This document shows positions 19,176 to 28,361 of a DNA stretch of 57,179 nt, in pieces (position 1 is the first letter of the stretch; each line of letters begins with the position of its first letter). The position numbers and the translations under genes are program-made. Source of the stretch: a bacterium (GTDB taxonomy: Bacteria; SAR324; XYD2-FULL-50-16). The notes under the pieces are model-generated. The model was not told where the DNA came from, made no database searches, and saw nothing but the letters and a program-made list of their open reading frames with translations. The DNA is taken from contig JAVVEA010000021.1 in NCBI GenBank assembly GCA_032250835.1, positions 1-57,179 on the forward strand. Direction: 5' to 3'.

Positions 19176-20954
19176 TTATTCGACGAGGATGCAGTCGGGC
19201 TTACATACCTCGACACACATCGAACAGTTGATGCACTTGTCCATGTTGATCTCGTAAGATCCCGCCACTTTCGGCTCGCCGGTGATGGCGTCGGTCGGGC
19301 AGGCCTTTTCGCAAAGCGAACAACCGGTGCAGTCCGCTTGGATCACTTTGTGGGTGATCAGCGCCTTACACTTGCCCGCCGGGCAGCGCTTATCCTTGAT
19401 ATGGGCGATGTACTCGTCCTTAAAATAGCGCAGGGTGGTCAACACCGGGTTCGGGGCGGTGCCGCCTAAAGCACAAAGGCTGTTGTCCACAATCTGATGG
19501 CTCAGCTGCTCTAACATATCCAGGTCTTCCATCACCGCTTCGCCTTCGCTGATCTTATGCAGAAGCTCTTTCATGCGCACCGTGCCGATCCGGCAGAAGG
19601 TACATTTCCCGCAGGATTCCAGCTGGGTGAAGTCCAAAAAGAACTTAGCCAAGTCCACCATGCAGGTCTTATTATCGAAGACGATCATGCCGCCGGAACC
19701 CACGATGGCCCCGGTTTTTTGTAGGGCCGCATATTCGATCGGCGTATCAAAGAGGCTTTCGGGGATACAACCGCCCGAAGGCCCACCCAACTGGGCGCCC
19801 TTGATGGGCCGACCAGAGGCCGAACCGCCGCCGATGTCGTAGATCACTTCGCGTACCGAGGTGCCCATAGGGACTTCCACCAAGCCGCCGCGCTTGATCG
19901 AGCCGGCCAAAGCGAAGACTTTGGTGCCCTTGGAGTCTTCGGTGCCATAAGCCGAGAAGGCCTTACCACCTTGGGTGAGAATCCAAGCCAAGTTCGAGAG
20001 GGTCTCCACGTTGTTGATGATCGTCGGCTTGCCGAACAGGCCTTTGACCGCCGGGAAGGGCGGGCGGCGGCGGGGCATACCCCGTTCGCCTTCAATACTG
20101 GCCATCAGCGCCGTTTCTTCACCGCAAACAAAGGCACCGGCCCCTTCTTTGATTTTGATGTCAAAGCTGAAGTTGCTACCTAAGATGTTGTCGCCCAGAT
20201 AGCCTTTGGTCCTTGCAGCTTCCAAAGCCAAGCCGAAGTTTTCCACCGCCAGTGGGTACTCGGCGCGGATATAGGCGTAGCCGTGGGTCGCACCGATAGC
20301 ATAGGCGGCGATACACATGCCTTCGATCACGTTGTGTGGGTCGCCTTCGAGCAAGCTGCGGTCCATAAAGGCCCCTGGGTCGCCCTCGTCACCGTTGCAG
20401 ATCAGGTATTTGGTTTCGGACTCCTGAGCACGGGCAAAGCCCCATTTCATATGGGTCGGGAAACCAGCACCGCCGCGTCCGCGCACGCCTGCTTCCTTGA
20501 CTTCGTTGATCACCTCGTCTTGGGTCATCCCAGCAGCGATCTTTTTGAGAGCGTCATAGCCGCCTCTGGCCTCATAATCTTCGATCCGCCGCGGATCGAC
20601 CTGACCCACGTTGCGCAAGGCGATGCGGGTTTGTTTGGTCATGTAGGTATTGTCGTCCGTTTCGGGCGTCTCAGGCGCCACCAAAACGAATTCGGTGCCC
20701 AACTGCTCTGCACCCGACATGATGTGCTCTAAAATCTTGGGCACTTCTTTGGTGGAGACTTTGCCGTACTTATAATATCCCTTGGGACTGTTGACCTCGA
20801 CCAACACTTCCTGATGGCACATCCCGGCGCAGGACACCCCTTTGACTTTCGCCTCGGGAGCCGCTTCTTTAAAAGCGGCCAACACCTCTTTGGCCCCGGC
20901 AGCGATGCCGCAGGTGCCTTCGCCGATGATGATTTCCAATGCTGCTGCGTTCAT
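19176..20954 (-). CDS. NuoF/HydB-like NADH-binding FMN Fe-S subunit with C-terminal 2x[4Fe-4S]
   Basis: GRGGAGFPT, CNGDEGDPGAFMDR, GAGAFVCGEETAL, GGPSGG, ESCGKCTFCRIG, CTGCSLCEKACP, CINCSMCVEVC. Confidence 0.92.
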   Translation of the reverse strand: MNAAALEIIIGEGTCGIAAGAKEVLAAFKEAAPEAKVKGVSCAGMCHQEVLVEVNSPKGYYKYGKVSTKEVPKILEHIMSGAEQLGTEFVLVAPETPETDDNTYMTKQTRIALRNVGQVDPRRIEDYEARGGYDALKKIAAGMTQDEVINEVKEAGVRGRGGAGFPTHMKWGFARAQESETKYLICNGDEGDPGAFMDRSLLEGDPHNVIEGMCIAAYAIGATHGYAYIRAEYPLAVENFGLALEAARTKGYLGDNILGSNFSFDIKIKEGAGAFVCGEETALMASIEGERGMPRRRPPFPAVKGLFGKPTIINNVETLSNLAWILTQGGKAFSAYGTEDSKGTKVFALAGSIKRGGLVEVPMGTSVREVIYDIGGGSASGRPIKGAQLGGPSGGCIPESLFDTPIEYAALQKTGAIVGSGGMIVFDNKTCMVDLAKFFLDFTQLESCGKCTFCRIGTVRMKELLHKISEGEAVMEDLDMLEQLSHQIVDNSLCALGGTAPNPVLTTLRYFKDEYIAHIKDKRCPAGKCKALITHKVIQADCTGCSLCEKACPTDAITGEPKVAGSYEINMDKCINCSMCVEVCKPDCILVE

Positions 20955-20984
20955 GAATCTTCGCTCAATTAAGATGTTCGTAAA

Positions 20985-21518
20985 TTACTTAACTACCTGC
21001 TTTTCCGGGGTCGGCAAGGTTTCTTCGGCGGTCCGGGCGTGCTTGCGTAAAGTCCGTTGAGCTTGGGCACCGTTGATGTTGCCGAAAATCTGGGAACCGA
21101 TGACCATCAAAGGAGCCTGGGAGCAACAACCCACACAGGCAACGTCTTCGATGGTGTAAGAGCCGTTTTCGGCGGTGTCTTGTTCGGGGTCGTGGATGTT
21201 CAGGCTGTGGCGCAGCGCCGTGTTGAGGCGGTCGGCACCTTGAACGTGACAAGCCGTACCATGGCAAACCTTGATGATATTACGACCCACGGGTTTCATG
21301 CGGAACTGGGCGTAAAAGGTCGCCACGCCGTAAAGCTGGCGGCCGGTGATCTCGGTTTGCTCAACGATCAAATCCATAGCCATCCGGGGCAGGTAGCCAT
21401 ATTCGCCTTGCACGGCCTGCAACAGAGGCACCGTGGCCGAGGGGCCCTTGCCGATCTCTTGGATCCAGGACGCCACCTTTTGGGGGTCCACCTTAGCTTC
21501 GAGAGAGCTGGTCGTCAT
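20985..21518 (-). CDS. NuoE/HydC-like [2Fe-2S] subunit
   Basis: YGVATFYAQF, VCHGTACHVQG, ACVGCCSQAP. Confidence 0.92.
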   Translation of the reverse strand: MTTSSLEAKVDPQKVASWIQEIGKGPSATVPLLQAVQGEYGYLPRMAMDLIVEQTEITGRQLYGVATFYAQFRMKPVGRNIIKVCHGTACHVQGADRLNTALRHSLNIHDPEQDTAENGSYTIEDVACVGCCSQAPLMVIGSQIFGNINGAQAQRTLRKHARTAEETLPTPEKQVVK

Positions 21519-21696
21519 GTTAAGTTTCGGTTCAAAGGTTCATTCGGGCAACTTGGGGTCAAACGGCTTGAGCCTACAAGCTTCGCGTAGGCTTTCGACG
21601 TAAGCCAGCCTACAGGCCCAATTAAAAACGCACTAGCTTTGAGCAGATAGCAGACTGAGGCAAATAACACAACCTCGTTATGACCCCTATTTGGGC

Positions 21697-22407
21697 TCAC
21701 AAAAACCGCCCATCCATACCCATCGGGTCTGGGTCCTTGATAGGGCAGTAGGTCCGGGCAGCCGGGACGGACACCAAAACCCGCTCGGGCAACAACAACC
21801 CGGTCAATTCTTTTCCATACACACAGCCCGTATCTAAACCCACCACATGGTCCCTAACCAGCCCGTTGAGTTTAGCCCAATGCCCAAAAACCGTCAGTTT
21901 GGGTCCTTGGTAAAAATCAAACCAAGGCGGGTTCGCTTCATTTTGCAGGTCCTGGCCCCATCCGTCCCAGGTGCGGATGCTGGTCACCTGCCTCGGGTCC
22001 GACTGGCTCGGATGCTGGCCCGGCACCAATCCCGCGTGGACCACCATCAGGTTATCCTCTTCTATATATAAGGGCCACGATTTTATGTCGGCGAGGTAAG
22101 GAACAAAGTGGCTACCAAAGTACTCTTTAAATTCCCCCAACCAGCGCTTCTTCACCTCAATCCCCTGAGCATCGCGGATCAGGTGCAGTTCATGGTTGCC
22201 TAAAACCGCTTGGCCCTTCAGCTCCTTAAAGAGTTTCCAGGTGCCCAACGAGTCGGGGCCCCGGTTGATCAAATCGCCGACTTGAATCAGGCGGTCTTGG
22301 CCGGGAACATAACCGACCAACTCGGTCAGCGCCGCCAATTCGTCAACACAACCGTGTACATCGCCGACAATCAGGGTGCGGCTAGATTTTGCCTTTTGAT
22401 TTGACAT
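21697..22407 (-). CDS. Metallophosphoesterase (ApaH/PrpE-like)
   Basis: GDVHGC, GDLINRGPDS, GNHE, VHAG, FGHW, LDTGCVYG. Confidence 0.88.
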   Translation of the reverse strand: MSNQKAKSSRTLIVGDVHGCVDELAALTELVGYVPGQDRLIQVGDLINRGPDSLGTWKLFKELKGQAVLGNHELHLIRDAQGIEVKKRWLGEFKEYFGSHFVPYLADIKSWPLYIEEDNLMVVHAGLVPGQHPSQSDPRQVTSIRTWDGWGQDLQNEANPPWFDFYQGPKLTVFGHWAKLNGLVRDHVVGLDTGCVYGKELTGLLLPERVLVSVPAARTYCPIKDPDPMGMDGRFL

Positions 22408-22465
22408 TTTTATAGCAAACCTATAAAAAACTCTGAAACTTGGTAACGTTGGGCACTGTTGCCCA
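22401..22465. promoter_or_regulatory. Divergent promoter region with two palindromes (candidate operators)
   Basis: Perfect IR TTTTTATAG-CAAAC-CTATAAAAA (22407-22429) directly after TTGACA (22401); TGGGCA-CTGT-TGCCCA (22450-22465). Confidence 0.5.
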
Positions 22466-22562
22466 GGTTAGGCCTGACTACAATGGGCTCAAGTGTAAAA
22501 CAACTTAGACGCTCCGGCAACAACTCACCGGTAGCGGCCCACCCGAAACGCCGAAGGAAGCC

Positions 22563-23198
22563 ATGAAATCCACCCAAATGACCCCCACCCGCGAACGGGT
22601 CTTACGATTCATTAAGGCTGAGGGAAAAGTATCGGTCAAAGCCCTAACCGACGAGATCGGCATCACGCCCATGGCGATCCGCGGGCACCTAAACAAACTG
22701 GAAAAAGACGAATTGATCGCCGTCAGTACGGTACGCCAAAAGTTAGGCCGCCCGTTGCAGGTCTTTACCTTGACCGAAAAGGGCGATTCTTTTTTCCCTA
22801 AAGATTATGGCCGTTTTGCTGTCGAACTGCTTGAAGACCTCAAACAAATGGACGATGGCGCGACCCTAGGCAAAGTGATGCAAATCCGCGAGAACCGGAT
22901 CATCGAGGAACTTAAAGCCTCTATGAAAGACACCAAAGACCCGGCCCAGCGGATCGAAATCTTCAAGCGCTGGGTAGACCAGCATGGCAACATGCCCAAC
23001 GTCGAGCATTTGGGCGGCAAGAACTTCCAGCTTTGCATCAACAACTGCTCTTTAAAGACGGTGGTCGAGGAATTCCCGGTCTGTTGCGACTCAGAGGTCA
23101 GCATCATCCACGCGCTGTTTCCAGACGCCAAGATCGAAAAGACCAAGAGTCTGCGCAATAGCGACAAAAGCTGTTGTTACCGCTTCGAGTTTTCTTGA
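22563..23198 (+). CDS. SufR-like HTH transcriptional regulator with Cys-rich C-terminus
   Basis: ITPMAIRGHLNKLE, GRP..F.LT.KG..FP..Y; NNC, CC.SE, C-terminal CC. Confidence 0.8.
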   Translation: MKSTQMTPTRERVLRFIKAEGKVSVKALTDEIGITPMAIRGHLNKLEKDELIAVSTVRQKLGRPLQVFTLTEKGDSFFPKDYGRFAVELLEDLKQMDDGATLGKVMQIRENRIIEELKASMKDTKDPAQRIEIFKRWVDQHGNMPNVEHLGGKNFQLCINNCSLKTVVEEFPVCCDSEVSIIHALFPDAKIEKTKSLRNSDKSCCYRFEFS

Positions 23199-24142
23199 GC
23201 CCCTTGAACGCCGCCGATCCCCAAAAGCTTTTTATCTACCGTTTCGACCACCCCGCCCAAGAGCTGTCGCAGTTCCTTCAGGACCGCTACCAGCTCAAAG
23301 GGGACGTTCTGGTCGAGGCCCTAGAGCGCCGCATCACCGTCAACGGGAGTCGGCCCGCGCCGGGCTTTGAGGTGCAGACCGGCGACCAGATTGAATTCTT
23401 GCATCTGCGCAGCGACGAAGCGGCTTTTGAGGGCACCCCCTTGCCCTTGCTCTATGAGGACGAAGACCTGCTGGCTATCTCCAAGCCCGCCAACCTACCG
23501 GTCAGCCCTTCGGGGCGCTATTACTTCCACTCCTTGGCGATTTTAGCCCGCGAGCGCTTTGATGAGCCCGACCTATCCCCTTTGCACCGCTTGGACTTAG
23601 AAACCAGCGGGGTCTTGCTCTTTGGGCGCAACCGCCGCGCCCGCAGCAAGGTGCAGCAGCTTTTTGCCAAACAGGACATGGACAAAACCTACGAGGCCAT
23701 CACCCTGGCCCCGGTGGCTTTAGGGCCGATCAGCGGAGACATGATCCCCGCCGAGGGCTCAAAGATCTACAGCAAGCAGGTGCTGATCCCGAGCCGTAAG
23801 CCGCTGTCCTTGAGCATTGTTGAAGCCTGTGAGCCCTGGGGTCCCTATTTTAAGGTGCAGATCAAGCCGGTGACCGGCAAGACCAACCAACTACGGGTCC
23901 ACTTGGCGGCGAAGGGCGCGCCAATTTTAGGCGATAAAAAATACCACCCCGACGAATCGGTTTACTTGGAATGGTTTGAAAACCGCAACATCCAGGCCCT
24001 GCTGGACCGTTTGGTGTTACCGCGCCAAGCATTGCACTGCGCCCGCTTGGCCTTCAACAATCCCTTGACCGGAAATTACCTGGAAATCAACGACCACAGC
24101 CCCGGCTGGCCTGCGTTGATCAACCCCCTAAAGGATCTATGA
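23195..24142 (+). CDS. RluA-family RNA pseudouridine synthase
   Basis: KPANLPV, HRLDLETSG, TGKTNQLRVH, ILGDKKY, ALHC; start codon uncertain. Confidence 0.9.
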   Translation: MSPLNAADPQKLFIYRFDHPAQELSQFLQDRYQLKGDVLVEALERRITVNGSRPAPGFEVQTGDQIEFLHLRSDEAAFEGTPLPLLYEDEDLLAISKPANLPVSPSGRYYFHSLAILARERFDEPDLSPLHRLDLETSGVLLFGRNRRARSKVQQLFAKQDMDKTYEAITLAPVALGPISGDMIPAEGSKIYSKQVLIPSRKPLSLSIVEACEPWGPYFKVQIKPVTGKTNQLRVHLAAKGAPILGDKKYHPDESVYLEWFENRNIQALLDRLVLPRQALHCARLAFNNPLTGNYLEINDHSPGWPALINPLKDL

Positions 24143-25335
24143 ATCTGTTTGTTATCCGTTACGCCGAGATCGCCCTGAAAGGCTCGAACCGTGAGTGGTT
24201 TGAAAAGCGTTTGCTGATGAACCTGCGCCAGCACTTAGACGTGCTGGGCAAGCACCATACCTGGAAAGTGCATGGGCGGATGATGGTGGAAACGGAGTTG
24301 GACCCGATCCTGGTGGCCAAAACCCTGGCCCAGGTGCCGGGCGTCGCCAACTTCAGTTTGGCCCGCCATTCGAGCCACGACCTGGGCCAACTGGCCGAGG
24401 CCTGCCAAGCGGTGATGGGTGAATATTTAACCCGCTACCCCGAGACAGTTACCTTCAAAGCCGAGTGCAAACGGGCCGACAAGACCTTCCCCCTAAATAG
24501 CCAGCAACTGGCCGCCGAAGTAGGCGGTTATGTACTCGACCAGCACCCAGACCTAAAGGTCAAGTTGGTGGGGCCCGACGTAGAATTGGGCGTCGAGATT
24601 TGGCCGGGCAATAAGGCCGCGGTTTATCTGGAAAAACAGAAGGGCCAAGGCGGCTTGCCGGTGGGCACTTCGGGCAAGATGATCAGCTTCTTGTCTGGGG
24701 GCATCGACAGCCCCGTGGCTAGTTGGATGATGATGCGCCGGGGCGTGGAGGTGGTTTATTTAAACTTCCATAGCTTCCCCTTCATTGGCGAAGAGTCCAA
24801 GGAGAAGGTAGTGCAACTGGTCCAACACTTGAGCCGCTACCAGCCCAAGTCTACCCTCTACATCGCCCCCTTCACCGAAATCCAAAAGGCGATCAAGCAA
24901 CATTGCGACGAGCGCTACCGGACGATTCTGTACCGCCGGTTGATGTACCGCATCGCCAATGCGCTGGCCCATAAGTTAAAGATCAAGGGATATGTAACCG
25001 GCGAAGCCCTGGGTCAGGTGGCCAGCCAGACCATTGAAAACTTGGCCTGTACCGAAGCGGCTGCGGACCTGCCGGTGCTGCGCCCCTTGATCGGCCTAGA
25101 GAAGGGCCAGATCATCGATCTCGCCCGCGAGATCGGCAGCTACAACATCTCCGTCCAACCCTTCCCGGACTGCTGCACCGTCTTCCAGCCCCGCAAACCC
25201 GAAACAAGGGGTGAGTTGGAGGTGTTAGCGGAGCAGGAAGCCAAGGTGGATTTCGCCCCCCTGATCCAAGAAGCGGTGGAAAACCTGGAAAAACACCAGT
25301 TCGTCACCCAGGTGCAAGAACAGTTTTTTGACTAG
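24139..25335 (+). CDS. thiI: tRNA 4-thiouridine synthase ThiI (no rhodanese domain)
   Basis: RYAEIALKG, THUMP domain, GGLPVG, SGGIDSPVA, TGEALGQVASQT, DCC. Confidence 0.93.
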   Translation: MNLFVIRYAEIALKGSNREWFEKRLLMNLRQHLDVLGKHHTWKVHGRMMVETELDPILVAKTLAQVPGVANFSLARHSSHDLGQLAEACQAVMGEYLTRYPETVTFKAECKRADKTFPLNSQQLAAEVGGYVLDQHPDLKVKLVGPDVELGVEIWPGNKAAVYLEKQKGQGGLPVGTSGKMISFLSGGIDSPVASWMMMRRGVEVVYLNFHSFPFIGEESKEKVVQLVQHLSRYQPKSTLYIAPFTEIQKAIKQHCDERYRTILYRRLMYRIANALAHKLKIKGYVTGEALGQVASQTIENLACTEAAADLPVLRPLIGLEKGQIIDLAREIGSYNISVQPFPDCCTVFQPRKPETRGELEVLAEQEAKVDFAPLIQEAVENLEKHQFVTQVQEQFFD

Positions 25336-25407
25336 GCCCTAGAACGGAGGGGGCAGGAAAAAAGCCGGTGCAGTGCGGCGTGGGTTCTGGGCGTAACATC
25401 GAGCAGT

Positions 25408-25971
25408 TTGGCCGATGGGAAAGAGCGCACCATCAATCACATGGCCTCAACCAGCTTTTGGAGCGCCGACGGGAAGCCCGTTTCGGCTGCCGAATTTTTG
25501 GATGGGCTTTTTGGAACCTTGCCGGATTTCTTTAAAAACGAAGCCGAACTTCGGGCGCTTTGGGGCAAGCCAGATTCCAGGAAACAGCTTTTAGACCAGC
25601 TTTCAGAGAAGGGGTACGACTCCGGGCAACTCAAGGAAATCGCCAAGCTGATTTCCGCTGAAAAGAGCGATGTATTTGATGTGCTTGCCTATATCGCCTT
25701 TGCCCTGAGCCCGATCACCCGAGAAGAACGGGCGACGAGCCATAGGAAGCAAATCTTGGCGTTGTTTAACGAGAAACAACAAATCTTCATCGACTTCGTG
25801 CTTTCACAGTACGTGGCCGAGGGCGTCGAAGAGCTAAACCCAGAAAAGCTTCCAGATTTGCTAAATATCAAGTACAAGGGGCTTGAAGGAGCCAAGCAGG
25901 AGCTTGGAGAAATCAAGTCGATCCGAGAAATCTTTGTTGGGTTTCAGGGGTATTTGTATGAGGTGGCGTGA
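25408..25971 (+). pseudogene. hsdR: C-terminal fragment of a type I restriction endonuclease R subunit (EcoEI-R C-terminal domain)
   Basis: LADGKERTI.HM..TSFW..DGKP, SDVFDVLAYIAF, FIDFVLSQYV.EG.EEL, FVGFQGYLY; nuclease and helicase domains absent. Confidence 0.75.
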
Positions 25972-26093
25972 ATTGGCCTCTATCTGCCTTTGAACGTAAG
26001 CCGATAAGCAGCCAAGTTATTTTTGGAGGGGATGGCTGCGAATTGGTCCAGGGTTGAAATTAGGCACCGTCAAATTTATGACATTATTATGAG

Positions 26094-28193
26094 TCAAAGA
26101 AAAGAGACCAGCGGCTCTTTTTTCGGTATTTGGACAATTACAGGTCGCTCTGAATTTATGGACTTGCCGAAAGCTACCGCTTGGAGAAATCCTAAATTGG
26201 GAATTACCGAAGCGTATTGTTTTCCAAAAATGTGACTTAGAAAATTGATGTTTGTCTCATCATAGCTTGCAAAACTAATTACTGAGTTGCACTGAGTTAA
26301 AATGGATTTACTTACGTTAGCAGTGCGTTGTGAAATTACAAGCAATCCAATCCCATACTTTCGACCTTGGAGGGCTATTTGTGCTATTCTCGTTACCATT
26401 GCCTTCGCATCAAACGACCCTAGGCCGACGTTCGTGGACTCAGGCATGACGGTCTGCGCTTCCTCGACAACAAGTAGTAGCTTTTCTCCGTTTGGATTTT
26501 CCTTTTTGTAACGGAGAAGATTGCTGATATATTGTTCTGTAATAGTTAACGTGGCTGCCGTGTTTGATATCTCCTGTAACTCAATGATGCCAAGCTTGTG
26601 ATCGCTTTTTAAAAAATCAGCCAATTGTTGTTTGGTTTGTTCTTCAATCCTGCGTAAAAACTCCTTTAATATTCTTTTCTCAGCGCCACCGCCATAGGCG
26701 CCCGTTTCAGCTTCAAATATTTTGGTTTCAATCTCTTGGGCTGTGTTCGATTCAACCGACAGGAATTCAGGATGAAGGTCAGACAAGTCCTGGCTGTATT
26801 GAGCAGTAAGATCAATGCAAATTACTTTAGTATTTTTAGAAATTGTATGCTTAATAAGGTCGTAAGCAAGTTGGGTCTTTCCTGAACCTGTTACACCCAA
26901 AAGAGCTGTATGATATTCAAGGTTTTCTACCAAAGAACATAATACCGGCAGGTTAGAGCCCGGCATTTCTCCTAGTTTGAAGTCATGCTGTGGCAGGGGA
27001 ACTGGAAGCTCAATGTTTGGCGCTGTGAAAACGGGCTGATTCATTTGTGGAAGCCAACCAAATTTCTCAAAATAAGGCCTATTTTCTAGTTTTCCTAGCT
27101 GTGCAGCATTAGCAATTTGGAAGCCGTGTCGATCAATCGAAAGGGACTCTTCCTCAGTTACCCCTGACGTAACCTGATAATATACAGTGTTTTGCTGAAC
27201 TGCGCAGGAGACAACAGTTCCCTCTTCCAATGGCCCAAGGACTTCAAAGTTGATTGATTGGATACTTGAATTTTCACTTACAAAGCCAATTAGCCTGGAA
27301 CCTTGGCCCCCACCAAAATCTTTAAAGGTTTTCTCCAAATCAACATTTAGATCGGAGGGTAATTCGTAAATTTTATCAGCATCATATTTTGCCGAAGACT
27401 TATATGATATCGGCGCGGTTATGCCAGTTCCGATTAACTGTTCGCCTTGGAAATATGAATAAAGGGGGATTATGAGTCTGAAAGTACCGCCACTAAGTCG
27501 TAACAGCTTTGGATCGTCGTGTTTCCACTTTATTTGGGGAGCTAGTGCAACTCGCACAATATTGGGTTCCTCTCGTTTGAAAACGCTTCCCATCGATTTT
27601 TTCACATCTTGCAGAGTACCAAAGCCTATTTTGCTCAAAAGCGCAGGAATTCTAAGAGGGGACAGGGCTAACATGAATCCCCAAAAGGCGACTATCTCAA
27701 AAGCCCGCTGGTCCTTGAATTCGTAGTAGTTGGCGACGCCGAAGAGAAAAACAACAGAAAACAATACTCTGCTTTTTCCAAAAACCTTTGAAATTCGGTA
27801 GGAACCATTAGCAACGATTTTTTGTACGCCTTGGATTTGGGGGCTAGTGCTCGTGATAATGCATATGAGGGCCGTGATCAAAACAGCCACACAATAGAGC
27901 AGAATGCCATACCACCAAAACTGCCGTTCCGGTGCCAATGGTAATAGGGCAACAATGGCCATTAATGCATTTACTGTAGCGTCAGTAGGATGAGTAAATT
28001 TCGTTTCAACTAGTGTGGACCCGAGAATTATTACTAGTAAGGCACTTGTATATATGATCGCCGCTTCGGGGTCTTTTGGGATTAGACTCCCTGTATGATG
28101 TAGTGAAAGTAGGGATACCATCCATGCTCCAACCAGCAGGATAGCTACTTTAACCCAGGTTTTTACTGTATCCAAATCCGATAAATTACTCAT
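26094..28193 (-). CDS. HerA/DUF87-family ATPase with N-terminal multi-pass membrane domain
   Basis: About 6 hydrophobic segments in the first 185 aa; Walker A GVTGSGKT, IDLTAQY, Walker B LVVEEAQ, QGRKYGIGLLVISQR; AT-rich. Confidence 0.85.
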   Translation of the reverse strand: MSNLSDLDTVKTWVKVAILLVGAWMVSLLSLHHTGSLIPKDPEAAIIYTSALLVIILGSTLVETKFTHPTDATVNALMAIVALLPLAPERQFWWYGILLYCVAVLITALICIITSTSPQIQGVQKIVANGSYRISKVFGKSRVLFSVVFLFGVANYYEFKDQRAFEIVAFWGFMLALSPLRIPALLSKIGFGTLQDVKKSMGSVFKREEPNIVRVALAPQIKWKHDDPKLLRLSGGTFRLIIPLYSYFQGEQLIGTGITAPISYKSSAKYDADKIYELPSDLNVDLEKTFKDFGGGQGSRLIGFVSENSSIQSINFEVLGPLEEGTVVSCAVQQNTVYYQVTSGVTEEESLSIDRHGFQIANAAQLGKLENRPYFEKFGWLPQMNQPVFTAPNIELPVPLPQHDFKLGEMPGSNLPVLCSLVENLEYHTALLGVTGSGKTQLAYDLIKHTISKNTKVICIDLTAQYSQDLSDLHPEFLSVESNTAQEIETKIFEAETGAYGGGAEKRILKEFLRRIEEQTKQQLADFLKSDHKLGIIELQEISNTAATLTITEQYISNLLRYKKENPNGEKLLLVVEEAQTVMPESTNVGLGSFDAKAMVTRIAQIALQGRKYGIGLLVISQRTANVSKSILTQCNSVISFASYDETNINFLSHIFGKQYASVIPNLGFLQAVAFGKSINSERPVIVQIPKKEPLVSFL

Positions 28194-28266
28194 TGTTGGC
28201 CTCGATTTATGGTTTATAAAACTCGCTATAATATTTTACCGGCATCTTTTTAACCGTCTGCTCATT

Positions 28267-28323
28267 GATTTTTCTGGATTCCTTAAGTCGTCTGAGCTGC
28301 TTCTTAATTGCGCCTTCTGTCAG
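28267..28323 (-). pseudogene. Remnant of a winged-HTH C-terminus paralogous to the adjacent gene
   Basis: Reads LTEGAIKKQLRRLKESRKI versus ISTRAVELQIRQLKDEGRL in 28362-29678. Confidence 0.45.
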
Positions 28324-28361
28324 TAATAGAGTGTAAGGCGGCTTTACTTGGATATCTTTAG

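Noticed and set aside
18458-19469. Long plus-strand ORFs (257 and 201 aa) and similar overlapping ORFs elsewhere
   Set aside because: They are antisense shadows of well-supported genes in GC-biased sequence.
19176-21518. Respiratory complex I nuoEF or an [FeFe]-hydrogenase
   Set aside because: No other nuo genes are present, and the large subunit has no H-cluster motifs.
23196-23198. Further Sec readthrough at other TGA stops (for example the SufR-like gene)
   Set aside because: The proteins are complete at these stops and overlap the next start codon; no SECIS-like hairpin was noted.
25985-26070. attC site downstream of the HerA gene
   Set aside because: Only a short GCAGCCA/TGGCTGC stem; the R and L boxes do not fit.
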